Shown in pieces: positions 1-8,570 of a DNA stretch of 54,949 nucleotides (position 1 is its first letter; every line of letters begins with the position of its first letter). Location of the stretch: IMG/VR virus record IMGVR_UViG_3300046171_000241; one strand, given 5' to 3'. A model generated the notes under the pieces. It made no database searches, was not told the DNA's origin, and saw nothing but the letters and a program-made list of their open reading frames with translations. Made by a program: the position numbers and the translations under genes. The DNA is from an uncultured virus (IMG/VR IMGVR_UViG_3300046171_000241). Taxonomy: Duplodnaviria; Heunggongvirae; Uroviricota; Caudoviricetes.

Positions 1-6
1 AAAAGA

Positions 7-255
7 TTAAATAGGGCGAACATAGGAACCTGGAGCTTTTGATGCTTTATGCAAAACATCATTCCATCCTGGATGGGATCTTTTAAGTTTATCCTTAAAG
101 TCTCCCACCTCCCCGTGACCGGGAAGGGTAGATGGATCGCTCCAGTCCCTTGTCCAGTCAGGGTTCTCTTTACACCATTCATTCCATTCATGAATACTCA
201 TCTTGACTTCTTTTTGTTCGCCAGACTCTCTATTAATAACGGGATATGTTGCCAT
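7..255 (-). CDS. cyanophage hypothetical protein
   Basis: 82-aa ORF co-oriented downstream of thyX. Confidence 0.7.
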   Translation of the reverse strand: MATYPVINRESGEQKEVKMSIHEWNEWCKENPDWTRDWSDPSTLPGHGEVGDFKDKLKRSHPGWNDVLHKASKAPGSYVRPI

Positions 256-274
256 AAATCACCTATTCGTATTT

Positions 275-922
275 TTATTTATTCCATTCCATTGCTTCCG
301 CAACGGCAGGGAATTGTTCGCAGAAGATTTCTTTAGCACCTAATGCAAGATCCATATGTTCCTTCTGTGTACCGTTTGCAGAACGCAAATCGATATAATG
401 GATCCATGACCGAACTGAGCCAGTCATGTAAATTTTTGTGGGACATGCCAAAGGAAGCACAAAACGAGCACACTCCTTTGCAATCGACGCATCAAGCATC
501 TCTTTGTAGAGATTCATTCCCTCTTCAAAGTGTTTTTGCATTTTGATTTGGAAGTCTTGTCGGGTAAACGCATCAATATCATCAATAGAATTTTGACGAT
601 TCTTGGTGTCTTGTCTGCGTAGTTCAGGTAGAGGGATCGTCTCCGCGAGTAAGGAAGAATCAGCATAGCGTTGTGAAAATTCTTGATATGTAAATGAACG
701 ATGTCGAAGCACTTGAGCTGCAATTCCTCTAGTAGTATTCAACTCCAGAGTCATATATGCTTGCTCAAAGATACTCCAGTGCTGATGCTTCACACAATAC
801 TTGAGTAGACCAGAGAACTTTTCATTCTCTTGGTTGTTGGGATTAGACACACGGGCACAGTATGCCATGTGCTTCTCTGCATCAGGAGTTGCGCTGATTA
901 GTTTTACGTTGTTCTCGTTCAT
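275..922 (-). CDS. thyX: flavin-dependent thymidylate synthase
   Basis: ThyX motif RHRSFTYQEFSQRY, plus HWSIFE and KECARFVLP. Confidence 0.95.
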   Translation of the reverse strand: MNENNVKLISATPDAEKHMAYCARVSNPNNQENEKFSGLLKYCVKHQHWSIFEQAYMTLELNTTRGIAAQVLRHRSFTYQEFSQRYADSSLLAETIPLPELRRQDTKNRQNSIDDIDAFTRQDFQIKMQKHFEEGMNLYKEMLDASIAKECARFVLPLACPTKIYMTGSVRSWIHYIDLRSANGTQKEHMDLALGAKEIFCEQFPAVAEAMEWNK

Positions 923-1073
923 CAAGTGTCTCGTTAATAATGTCTTTTAGTTCTTGTCTTTCTAAATCAGTAAAGACATTTCGTTTTGGTATCACCAGTG
1001 GTGGATATGATTTCTTTGATTTTGATTTACCACTACCAGGAAAACTCATCCCTTGTGTATCTATCTTATCCAT
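882..1073 (-). CDS. hypothetical protein
   Basis: ORF from MDKIDTQG that overlaps both neighbours in operon fashion. Confidence 0.55.
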   Translation of the reverse strand: MDKIDTQGMSFPGSGKSKSKKSYPPLVIPKRNVFTDLERQELKDIINETLDEREQRKTNQRNS

Positions 1074-1242
1074 CGTCGTCCTCAAAAACTTCGTCATAAT
1101 CTAATATGTAGTTGGAAGCAGGATCATCAAAATTTTCTTGCTTGGTCGTGTATACATCTACATCAGAGTATACCTCAGACTCTAGAGCATCAACCAGCAG
1201 TTTTAGATTCTTTACTATCAGTTTTAGTTTATCTCTTTCCAT
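1066..1242 (-). CDS. 58-aa acidic hypothetical protein (not in ORF track)
   Basis: Manual translation MERDKLKLIVKNLKLLVDALESEVYSDV...EVFEDDDG*. Confidence 0.65.
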   Translation of the reverse strand: MERDKLKLIVKNLKLLVDALESEVYSDVDVYTTKQENFDDPASNYILDYDEVFEDDDG

Positions 1243-1267
1243 AAAAAATGGGAGGTTTCCCTCCCAT
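1243..1267 (-). terminator. intrinsic terminator after DUF4278 gene
   Basis: ATGGGAG-GGAAAC-CTCCCAT hairpin followed by a T tract on the minus strand. Confidence 0.7.
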
Positions 1268-1294
1268 CATAACACTATTTAATCGGTTTGACAA

Positions 1295-1462
1295 TCACTT
1301 AGTGTAAGTGCGTCCACGATAGCAGAAAGTCCCGTGAGACTCTTTGCTTTCTACACAACGAGTAGAATACTCAACACCACGGTATGAGGTGTGAGAGATC
1401 TGTGCGTCATGAACAGCAGATGCTTTGTTGATCTGCTTCTTGATGATGTTAAGTGTGTTCAT
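1295..1462 (-). CDS. DUF4278-like small protein (55 aa)
   Basis: Two YRG motifs (SYRGVEY, CYRGRTY). AGGAG RBS at 1471-1475 supports the ATG at 1462 rather than 1642. Confidence 0.8.
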   Translation of the reverse strand: MNTLNIIKKQINKASAVHDAQISHTSYRGVEYSTRCVESKESHGTFCYRGRTYTK

Positions 1463-1499
1463 TGTAGGTACTCCTAAAGTAGTAGAGGGTTTTACTCCC

Positions 1500-1581
1500 C
1501 GTTCCTTCAGTCGTGTGCGTCCCCGAAGGGATGAACGATCCGTTCCGCGACCTACTTGCGTCCCACAGAGTGGGATGAACG
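1500..1581 (-). ncRNA. tandem glutamine riboswitch (glnA-type RNA motif), two aptamers
   Basis: Two units of CGTTCATCCC-loop-GGGACGCA...GGAACG at 1541-1581 and 1500-1537, each closed by a CGTTC/GAACG stem, in the 5' UTR of a DUF4278 gene. Confidence 0.8.
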
Positions 1582-1589
1582 ACAGGTCT

Positions 1590-1641
1590 ATTATAGACCT
1601 CATACCGTATTTAGTCAAGTAGTTTTGTATAATACGATACA
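1590..1641 (-). promoter_or_regulatory. sigma70-type promoter with upstream NtcA-like box
   Basis: TTGACT (1613-1618), 17-nt spacer, TATAAT (1590-1595); palindrome tGTA-N8-TACa at 1626-1641. Confidence 0.7.
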
Positions 1642-1653
1642 ATTTAATGTTTT

Positions 1654-1890
1654 CTAAACAAACATTCCTTCCCCTTTCATAAATTGAAGGGTTTCTTTCA
1701 TATCACCAATGTGCTTAAATCCAATATTAACTTGTGGGTATGTTGCATCTTTACCAAACTCTGCCTCAAATCCCCTTTGAGAAAAGTGATGATTCAGTTT
1801 ATACTCTAAAAATTCACCGCCTAATGATTTTAAGAGTTCTGCCATACGCTGACACTCTTGACTACCGTTGCTGTAAATTACTGCTGCCAT
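1654..1890 (-). CDS. glutaredoxin-like protein
   Basis: Grx-fold signature (EFG..ATYPQV...HIGD) with a single Cys (SQEC). Confidence 0.7.
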   Translation of the reverse strand: MAAVIYSNGSQECQRMAELLKSLGGEFLEYKLNHHFSQRGFEAEFGKDATYPQVNIGFKHIGDMKETLQFMKGEGMFV

Positions 1891-2039
1891 TAGTCTTTAT
1901 AGGTAATTGTGATTTTTCTTTTTTCTACACCTTTATGATCAACTAAAAGAGAATGCTGAACCTCTGCATCCAAAAGTTCAGAAATCTTTTCCACTAAGTT
2001 ATTTACTATATTCAGTTCCGTTACTTTTTTGCCCGTCAC
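1890..2039 (-). CDS. 49-aa hypothetical protein (not in ORF track)
   Basis: GTG start overlaps the upstream TGA and its TAA overlaps the downstream ATG. Confidence 0.5.
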   Translation of the reverse strand: MTGKKVTELNIVNNLVEKISELLDAEVQHSLLVDHKGVEKRKITITYKD

Positions 2040-2227
2040 TTTCTGCCTCCAATTTCGTCCCACATTTTCTGTACCATATCTATTGCTGGTGGTGTTTTAT
2101 ATGAAGGTGCTGGTTGTGATTGCCACTTATCAATTGCTTCTTGTGTAGGAATAGCAATTCGGAAAGGAATATCATCTTCTTCAAACTCCTTATTCATATC
2201 AATATATGTTTGAGGGGTAATCTTCAT
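2036..2227 (-). CDS. hypothetical protein
   Basis: ATGA-coupled ORF in a minus-strand run. Confidence 0.6.
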   Translation of the reverse strand: MKITPQTYIDMNKEFEEDDIPFRIAIPTQEAIDKWQSQPAPSYKTPPAIDMVQKMWDEIGGRK

Positions 2228-2538
2228 AGTGTCCTCTCCAATCGATTAGTTACTTGTTCTGGAAAATCTCTTGGTCTACTATCAGTAGCATTATCAGTCC
2301 TAGGAGAACCTTCATTTGCCTTCATAGTATGCTGATAGTTAGGGCGTGGATATCTGATACAGAATGGATCAGGCATCCAGTATGTTACCTGCCATTCTTG
2401 TTCGGGACATAGTTCAAGATGCTTCTCTACGGTATGAGAAAAACTGCCGAGTTGAATATAACCATCATGAGTGTTACATCTTCCGTTACCAGCATCAACC
2501 AGGAACATCATCTTATTACTCAATCTCGCTGCCTCCAA
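2224..2538 (-). CDS. hypothetical protein
   Basis: 104-aa ORF in a tight gene run; start uncertain. Confidence 0.6.
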   Translation of the reverse strand: MEAARLSNKMMFLVDAGNGRCNTHDGYIQLGSFSHTVEKHLELCPEQEWQVTYWMPDPFCIRYPRPNYQHTMKANEGSPRTDNATDSRPRDFPEQVTNRLERTL

Positions 2539-2834
2539 TCATCAGGTCTATCTTGTTTGAACCAATCTACAATCTCGTCTGCACTATCGAATCCCGTTTT
2601 ATGATTGGATGGATCGGGATCGCCTAGCCCCATCCTATTCATAAAATCATCTATACTTCCCTCTTGAATGTCCTGTGATGCCTGACGACGTGCTTTTTGC
2701 AACCAGTCTCTAGCAAGTGTATGTGCCTTGGCAAGTTTTTCTGCCCAGATCATGTCCTCCAAAGGAACTTGTTCTTTGTTCGCAATACATCTGCAAATAG
2801 ACTCAAGTCTGAGTCGGTAAGCGGTAGAAAGCAT
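2520..2834 (-). CDS. hypothetical protein
   Basis: 104-aa ORF ending in DDWRQRD, typical of marine cyanophage hypotheticals. Confidence 0.7.
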   Translation of the reverse strand: MLSTAYRLRLESICRCIANKEQVPLEDMIWAEKLAKAHTLARDWLQKARRQASQDIQEGSIDDFMNRMGLGDPDPSNHKTGFDSADEIVDWFKQDRPDDWRQRD

Positions 2835-2835
2835 A

Positions 2836-3033
2836 CTAGTTCGTTTTGAGTTTGTCTTTTAAATCAAGAACCTTATTAACCTCGTTCACCGCAGCAGACA
2901 TCCTAGCACCTAGGATATCCATGATATCTTCATAGATTACTTTATTATCCACGTAGTCATCGAAGTATGTGTCAATTGCTTCTTTGAGATACCTCTTGCG
3001 ATGCCACTCAGGTGAATAGGGTTTATAAGACAT
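2836..3033 (-). CDS. hypothetical protein
   Basis: 65-aa ORF adjacent to the next gene. Confidence 0.6.
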   Translation of the reverse strand: MSYKPYSPEWHRKRYLKEAIDTYFDDYVDNKVIYEDIMDILGARMSAAVNEVNKVLDLKDKLKTN

Positions 3034-3084
3034 ATTAAAGATAATTTTTCATACTGCAGATTATAGCAAAATGTGGTTGACAAG

Positions 3085-3270
3085 TCAACTGTTGTATTTA
3101 TCGACAAGTTTGTCAACTCTAGTTTTCTTACCAGAAAGTTTTTCAATCTCACACATTGAGGACTTCTGGTATTTCTTCAGTTTTTTATACTCTTTGACGA
3201 GTTTTTGAATGTCTTCATGAGGCATTTCAACTTCAACGTCAAAAAGTTCTTTTTCAAATCCCTTACTCAT
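3085..3270 (-). CDS. hypothetical protein
   Basis: ATGA-coupled ORF. Confidence 0.6.
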   Translation of the reverse strand: MSKGFEKELFDVEVEMPHEDIQKLVKEYKKLKKYQKSSMCEIEKLSGKKTRVDKLVDKYNS

Positions 3271-3602
3271 TTTTTCTTCTTTTGTTCTTTTGGTTTAACT
3301 CCCCAAAGTTTTGGATTCATTTGACCATATCCAAAATCAATTCTCTTTACAGAATCTTTTCCATACCGATCATAGTACATATCAAAAAGTTGAGATGTTT
3401 TCTTACACCTAGTAAGGTCAATACATTCTACACCGTCAACAACATACCAGATTAGTCTGGCATCGTTTGGTAGTGATTTATCATTTGCCGCTTCAAGAGT
3501 TGTTTTCTCTTGCAGAATTTGGCAACCATATGATGAAGGATCTTCCGGTTTAATTGGAAGACTACCCATCTCTTCCTCCTTGGTTTCTACAGTTACTGTC
3601 AT
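3267..3602 (-). CDS. hypothetical protein
   Basis: ATGA-coupled 111-aa ORF. Confidence 0.7.
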   Translation of the reverse strand: MTVTVETKEEEMGSLPIKPEDPSSYGCQILQEKTTLEAANDKSLPNDARLIWYVVDGVECIDLTRCKKTSQLFDMYYDRYGKDSVKRIDFGYGQMNPKLWGVKPKEQKKKK

Positions 3603-4240
3603 GAGCGATTACCCCAATCAATGTCAGGATATGCCTCAGAGACATTCGCCTTTGTTAACTTATATTTAGTTGCAAGCAGTTTATCTTTGACAAGACAAAG
3701 AAGTTCTGCTTCTTTTGGATGAAGACCTCTGAGAAGATTGATAAACATCATCTCTCTACGTGTCTTGGTAAGACTATCGTTACCACCTCTCACGAAGTTG
3801 TAAAGAGTAGTCCATTCTTTACGGAGGGATGTTTTATTTCTACCATCAAGATCTTGTCCCGTGGCAGACTGTCCTCCTTTCATTTCATTTGCAATGTTTT
3901 CAGAAAGTGATCCATCAAAAGCACTTTGTTCATTAGGATCTCCATAGGGAACTTCTCCCTCTGGAATCATGGAAACAACACTTTCATCAAAATTCCAAAT
4001 CAACACAGATTTGACAGAGTTATCCTCATACTTCTTTAGTACTTCTACTTTCTTAGCAGCACTTCTTTGGGCAGAAGCAAGTTCTAAAATTTCAAAAACA
4101 AAAGGATTTGTGGGAAGTTCAATTGAACTAGGTGCTGCCTTTTTTACAGTGGGTTTCTTTGCAGTTGCCTTTGGTTTTGCTGCTCTTGGTTTCCTAGTTG
4201 TTGTCGTCTTCTTCGTCGAATTCGTCATAGCCATTTTCAA
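3599..4240 (-). CDS. conserved T4-like phage hypothetical protein
   Basis: Lys/Ala-rich N-terminus followed by the motif RREMMFINLLRGLHPKEAE. Confidence 0.75.
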   Translation of the reverse strand: MKMAMTNSTKKTTTTRKPRAAKPKATAKKPTVKKAAPSSIELPTNPFVFEILELASAQRSAAKKVEVLKKYEDNSVKSVLIWNFDESVVSMIPEGEVPYGDPNEQSAFDGSLSENIANEMKGGQSATGQDLDGRNKTSLRKEWTTLYNFVRGGNDSLTKTRREMMFINLLRGLHPKEAELLCLVKDKLLATKYKLTKANVSEAYPDIDWGNRS

Positions 4241-4418
4241 ATCGTACTGCTAAAATTTCATCTGGTAATACATTTCCGTTTTCATCAAACATCTCTGGAT
4301 GTGTGTAAACGGGTTGGGTTTGATATACATGGTCTTTCGCTAACCATCCTACCACACCTCCTACAAAAAAGAACATAATAGAAACTAATGTTCCGATAGT
4401 GAGGGTTACTGCTAACAT
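4194..4418 (-). CDS. small membrane protein
   Basis: N-terminal transmembrane helix and acidic tail (HPEMFDENGN). Confidence 0.7.
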   Translation of the reverse strand: MLAVTLTIGTLVSIMFFFVGGVVGWLAKDHVYQTQPVYTHPEMFDENGNVLPDEILAVRFENGYDEFDEEDDNN

Positions 4419-4436
4419 CTTACTGTCCTCCAGAGA

Positions 4437-4664
4437 CTATTTCTTTCTGATGTCCAGATAGAAGTTCAGATGGAAAACAATCTCTCTTCGGAAGAGACCA
4501 ACCATATTACCGAACTTTATCTGAAAAGTTTTGGGCGGTTCTGGTTTTCCCCTCCTGTTGCGTAATAGCAACTCTACCCCACGATTAATATGGGGATCTG
4601 ATTTATTTAGATTGCTTTTTCCTTCTTCCTGGTCTTCGGTCATAACTGTACCTCTTTGCATCAT
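4437..4664 (-). CDS. hypothetical protein
   Basis: ORF fills the gap between neighbours; start uncertain. Confidence 0.5.
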   Translation of the reverse strand: MMQRGTVMTEDQEEGKSNLNKSDPHINRGVELLLRNRRGKPEPPKTFQIKFGNMVGLFRREIVFHLNFYLDIRKK

Positions 4665-4962
4665 CTAAAATACCTTGAAGGTATATTTTAATTTTTCTTG
4701 CTTGGGGTTTTGAAATATGTCCATACCCTTCGCGAAGTTGCTTGTGCATACTATCACTACCACCTTCAAGATATTGTTCTAATTCAGAACTCAAATCGAC
4801 AATTTCTTTTGAGGTAGAGCTTTCGATAAAAGTATCAACATCTTGCTTTTTGACTTTAGTTGCCTTCAAGTAATCATAGAATTTTAAATTCATTTGTCCC
4901 TCAAAGGCATTATCAATCGCATGTTCAATAAGATCATAGATGTCGATGAGGTTTTGTTCCAT
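4603..4962 (-). CDS. hypothetical protein
   Basis: Start MEQNL is coupled to the upstream TAA; motif QLREGYGHISKPQARKI. Confidence 0.7.
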   Translation of the reverse strand: MEQNLIDIYDLIEHAIDNAFEGQMNLKFYDYLKATKVKKQDVDTFIESSTSKEIVDLSSELEQYLEGGSDSMHKQLREGYGHISKPQARKIKIYLQGILDDAKRYSYDRRPGRRKKQSK

Positions 4963-5195
4963 TAGACTAGTTTTTGTTCTCTTAGATACTTTACAGTTTC
5001 CATACATCCACCAATAAGTTCATCATCTTTGACTACTCTGGGGAATGTAGAACCTTCCCCAAATTTATCATAGAACTCTTCGCGTGTGTAATCCCTGTTA
5101 AGTTTATATATCACATGCTTAATTTCAGCGAGTATTAATACTTGCTGAATTTTATCGCAATATGGACATCCGTCCTTTGAATAAACCGTAAACAT
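4962..5195 (-). CDS. glutaredoxin (NrdC-like)
   Basis: CPYC, TFPRV and IGGC motifs. Confidence 0.9.
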   Translation of the reverse strand: MFTVYSKDGCPYCDKIQQVLILAEIKHVIYKLNRDYTREEFYDKFGEGSTFPRVVKDDELIGGCMETVKYLREQKLV

Positions 5196-5839
5196 TACTG
5201 TTGAACCTCTTTCCAATCGTTTTCAAAAATTTCCATACCTTTATCGGTAAGAATGTGATCATACATCTGATCAAATACTTTGGGTGGCATCGTACAGATC
5301 TCAGCACCATTATACCATGACCTGATAGCACGTTGCACACTACGAATAGATGCAGATAGAACCTGAGTTGGCATCCTATGAATACGATACAACTCAGAGA
5401 TAGATCTGACAACCTCTAGACCTGCCACTGACTGGTCATCCAAGCGTCCTACAAAGGGAGAAACATATGTTGCCCCTGCCTTCGCTGCTAGGACCGCCTG
5501 AGCGGCACAGAAGATGAGTGTGACATTGACATTAATACCTTGCTCGGAGAGTCGCTTACAAACGATTAGACCCTCGCGTGTGCAGGGTACTTTGATTGTA
5601 GCAACATTACCAAACTTTTCATATAGACGAATACCTTCGTCATACATCTCAAGGTCAGATCCCATAACCTCCATGCTGATGTCTTGTACCCCAATGTCCT
5701 TGATCTTTTGATAGACATCTTCTGGGTTTTTACCACTCTTCATAATGAGGGTGGGATTAGTTGTGACACCATCAACCAATCCCGTTGAGAAATATTTTTC
5801 GATTACATCGGTGTCTGCTGTATCAAGAAAGATTTTCAT
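5195..5839 (-). CDS. talC: transaldolase (TalC/MipB family)
   Basis: MKIFLDTAD, GVTTNPTL, catalytic IKVP and YVSPFVGRLDD. Confidence 0.95.
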   Translation of the reverse strand: MKIFLDTADTDVIEKYFSTGLVDGVTTNPTLIMKSGKNPEDVYQKIKDIGVQDISMEVMGSDLEMYDEGIRLYEKFGNVATIKVPCTREGLIVCKRLSEQGINVNVTLIFCAAQAVLAAKAGATYVSPFVGRLDDQSVAGLEVVRSISELYRIHRMPTQVLSASIRSVQRAIRSWYNGAEICTMPPKVFDQMYDHILTDKGMEIFENDWKEVQQ

Positions 5840-5869
5840 TAATGGGCGAATTACTACGCCCATTATATA

Positions 5870-6088
5870 TCAGGAATCCTCGCCTTTGTAAAGACTCTCA
5901 AGTCTTTCTTTTGTCAAATCAACATACATGATTTCATCACCAGGGGCAGGTGCCTCTGGATGACGTGGTTTGGGTGGTTCATTCATCATCGTGTTGATGT
6001 TCATGATATTTGCCCACATCATCGCAAAGGCAGCACCCGCGATAACCGCAAAACAAGAGAAGTAAACAAAGACAAGCCAACCGTTCAC
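5870..6088 (-). CDS. small membrane protein
   Basis: Transmembrane helix plus RHPE motif; start overlaps the psbD stop. Confidence 0.65.
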   Translation of the reverse strand: MNGWLVFVYFSCFAVIAGAAFAMMWANIMNINTMMNEPPKPRHPEAPAPGDEIMYVDLTKERLESLYKGEDS

Positions 6089-7140
6089 AGTGCGTTACCT
6101 CTAGGAAGAACTTCTTCAGGGAACACAAAGTTTTCATGTGGTTGGTCAACTGGTGCTAACCAAGCACGAAGACCTTCATTCAAGAGAATATTCTTAGTGT
6201 AGAACGTCTCGAACTCAGGATCTTCTGCTGCTCTGATCTCCTGAGATACAAAGTCATAAGCGCGAAGGTTGAGAGCAAGACCAATAATACCGATGGAACT
6301 TGTCCACAGACCCATAACAGGAACAAAGAGCATAAAGAAATGCAACCACCTCTTATTACTAAATGCAATGCCAAAGATTTGAGACCAGAAACGGTTTGCT
6401 GTAACCATTGAATAAGTCTCTTCCTCTTGTGTGGAATCGAATGCTTTGAAAGTGTTTGCTTGATCACCATCTTCATACAGAGTGTTCTCTACAGTGACAC
6501 CGTGGATTGCTGACAGCAGTGCTCCTCCCAGGATACCTGCAACACCCATCATATGGAATGGGTTGAGCGTCCAGTTATGGAAGCCCTGTAGGAAGAGTAG
6601 GAACCTAAAGATCGCTGCAACACCAAACGACGGCGCAAAGAACCAACTGGACTGTCCGAGAGGATAGATGAGAAACACACTGACAAAAACAGCGATAGGC
6701 CCAGAGAACGCAATAGCATTGTACGGACGAATTCCAATTAACCTAGCCAACTCGAATTGACGAAGCATGAAACCAATGAGGGCAAATGCTCCGTGGAGCG
6801 CCACAAAAGCCCAGAGTCCCCCAAGTTGGCACCAGCGGACGAAATCGCCCTGAGCTTCAGGACCCCAAAGTAGAAGAAGAGAATGACCCATAGCGTCAGC
6901 AGGAGTTGACACTGCCGCTGTAAGGAAATTAGCACCCTCAAGGTAACTAGACGCCAACCCGTGGGTATACCATGACGTAACGAAAGTCGTGCCAGTAAGC
7001 CAGCCACCAATTGCAAGATAAGCAGTGGGAAAAAGAAGTAATCCAGACCAGCCCACAAAGACAAAGCGGTCGCGTTTAAGCCAGTCATCCAAGATGTCAA
7101 ACCATTCCCTCCTTGGTGGACTTAGTGTGCTTGTTACCAT
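6085..7140 (-). CDS. psbD: photosystem II D2 protein
   Basis: Full-length D2 sequence ([14 protein letters not shown]...[10 protein letters not shown]). Confidence 0.98.
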   Translation of the reverse strand: MVTSTLSPPRREWFDILDDWLKRDRFVFVGWSGLLLFPTAYLAIGGWLTGTTFVTSWYTHGLASSYLEGANFLTAAVSTPADAMGHSLLLLWGPEAQGDFVRWCQLGGLWAFVALHGAFALIGFMLRQFELARLIGIRPYNAIAFSGPIAVFVSVFLIYPLGQSSWFFAPSFGVAAIFRFLLFLQGFHNWTLNPFHMMGVAGILGGALLSAIHGVTVENTLYEDGDQANTFKAFDSTQEEETYSMVTANRFWSQIFGIAFSNKRWLHFFMLFVPVMGLWTSSIGIIGLALNLRAYDFVSQEIRAAEDPEFETFYTKNILLNEGLRAWLAPVDQPHENFVFPEEVLPRGNAL

Positions 7141-7250
7141 TTTTATTTACCTCCTTTAGGTAGAAAAGATTTGGCCAAGTATCGCGGACTAACTCCGCTA
7201 ACTTGTATGGAGTGTTAGAACTTATCATATCTTAACACAAAAATAGAAAT

Positions 7251-7283
7251 AAAAAAAGGGGACCGAAGTCCCCTCCTTTTTTT
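7251..7283 (-). terminator. intrinsic terminator after psbA
   Basis: GGGGAC-TTCG-GTCCCC followed by T7; there is also a T tract on the other strand. Confidence 0.85.
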
Positions 7284-7295
7284 GTACTAACTATA

Positions 7296-8376
7296 TCAAC
7301 CGATTGCAGGTGCTTGAAGTGCCACAGGAGTGGACTCAGCAGCAGCGAGGTCGAGGGGGAAGTTGTGAGCGTTGCGCTCAGTGCATTACTTCCATACCCA
7401 GACCAGCGCGGTTGAGAACGTCTGCCCAGGTGTTGAGCACACGACCCTGACCATCGATGATGGACTGGTTGAAGTTGAAACCGTTCAGGTTAAACGCCAT
7501 CGTGGAAACACCAAGTGCGGTGAACCAGATACCAATGACAGGCCATGCTGCCAGGAAGAAGTGAAGTGAACGGGAGTTGTTGAACGAGGCATATTGGAAG
7601 ATCAGACGACCAAAGTAACCGTGTGCAGCAACGATGTTGTAGGTCTCTTCTTCTTGACCGAACTTGTAACCATAGTTCTGGGACTCAGGTTTCAGGTCGG
7701 TCTCACGACCGAGCGAAGAGGTAACCAGTGAACCGTGCATTGCGGAGAACAGTGAACCACCGAAGACACCAGCGACTCCCAGCATATGGAAGGGGTGCAT
7801 CAGGATGTTGTGCTCTGCTTGGAAAACAAGCATGTAGTTGAATGTACCAGAGATGCCAAGTGGCATTGCGTCAGAGAAAGAACCTTGACCGAAAGGATAG
7901 ACCAGGAAGACTGCGGATGCTGCTGCAACAGGTGCAGAGTAAGCAACACAGATCCAGGGGCGCATACCCAAGCGATAAGAAAGTTCCCACTCACGTCCCA
8001 TATAGGCATAGATGCCGATAAGGAAGTGGAAAACTACGAGTTGGAAAGGACCACCATTGTACAGCCACTCGTCGAGCGATGCGGCTTCCCAGATGGGATA
8101 GAAGTGAAGACCAATTGCGTTGGAAGAGGGAACAACTGCACCAGAGATGATGTTGTTACCGTACATGAGTGAACCAGCGACGGGTTCACGGATGCCATCG
8201 ATGTCCACAGGTGGAGCAGCGACGAATGCTACGACGAAACAGATGGTTGCTGCCAACAGAGTTGGAATCATCAGTACGCCGAACCAACCGACATAGAGGC
8301 GGTTATTGGTAGAAGTTACCCACTCGCAGAAAGATTCCCACGAAGAGGTTTGTTGTCTTGAAAGTGTTGAAGCCAT
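7296..8376 (-). CDS. psbA: photosystem II D1 protein (apparent indels)
   Basis: D1 sequence. One extra base at ~7380 creates a TGA; the shifted frame continues [27 protein letters not shown] to 7296. Residues at ~7685-7715 are garbled. Confidence 0.95.
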
Positions 8377-8394
8377 TTGAAAAAGGGTTATGTA

Positions 8395-8496
8395 TAAGTG
8401 CGGGGAACACTAGATAAAATATTCCAACTCTACCCTCCAGAGTTGGTATGAAGGACTATTGTTTAGACACGCTGTTTAGTCCTGGTAAGGCGTGTG
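8395..8496 (-). ncRNA. structured psbA leader, PhotoRC-II-like RNA motif
   Basis: Hairpin CCAACTCT-GGAGGGT-AGAGTTGG preceded by TTCATA, plus AGGACTA/TAGTCCT pairing, in the psbA 5' UTR. Confidence 0.6.
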
Positions 8497-8536
8497 CAGG
8501 TAGTAAAGAAATGTTAAGTTCCTTACCGCGCTGATG

Positions 8537-8570
8537 TATTTATAATAATACGGTTTGCCGTCCCTGTCAA
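8537..8570 (-). promoter_or_regulatory. psbA dual promoter (sigma70-like plus T4 late TATAAATA)
   Basis: TTGACA-17 nt-TATTAT overlapping TATAAATA (8537-8544). Confidence 0.7.

Noticed and set aside
1463..1642. N-terminal extension of the 115-aa ORF
   Set aside because: It runs through the promoter and riboswitch; the RBS supports the start at 1462.
7296..7400. Truncated D1 or a group I intron near the psbA 3' end
   Set aside because: Removing one base restores the canonical C-terminus. There is no inserted sequence or homing endonuclease.
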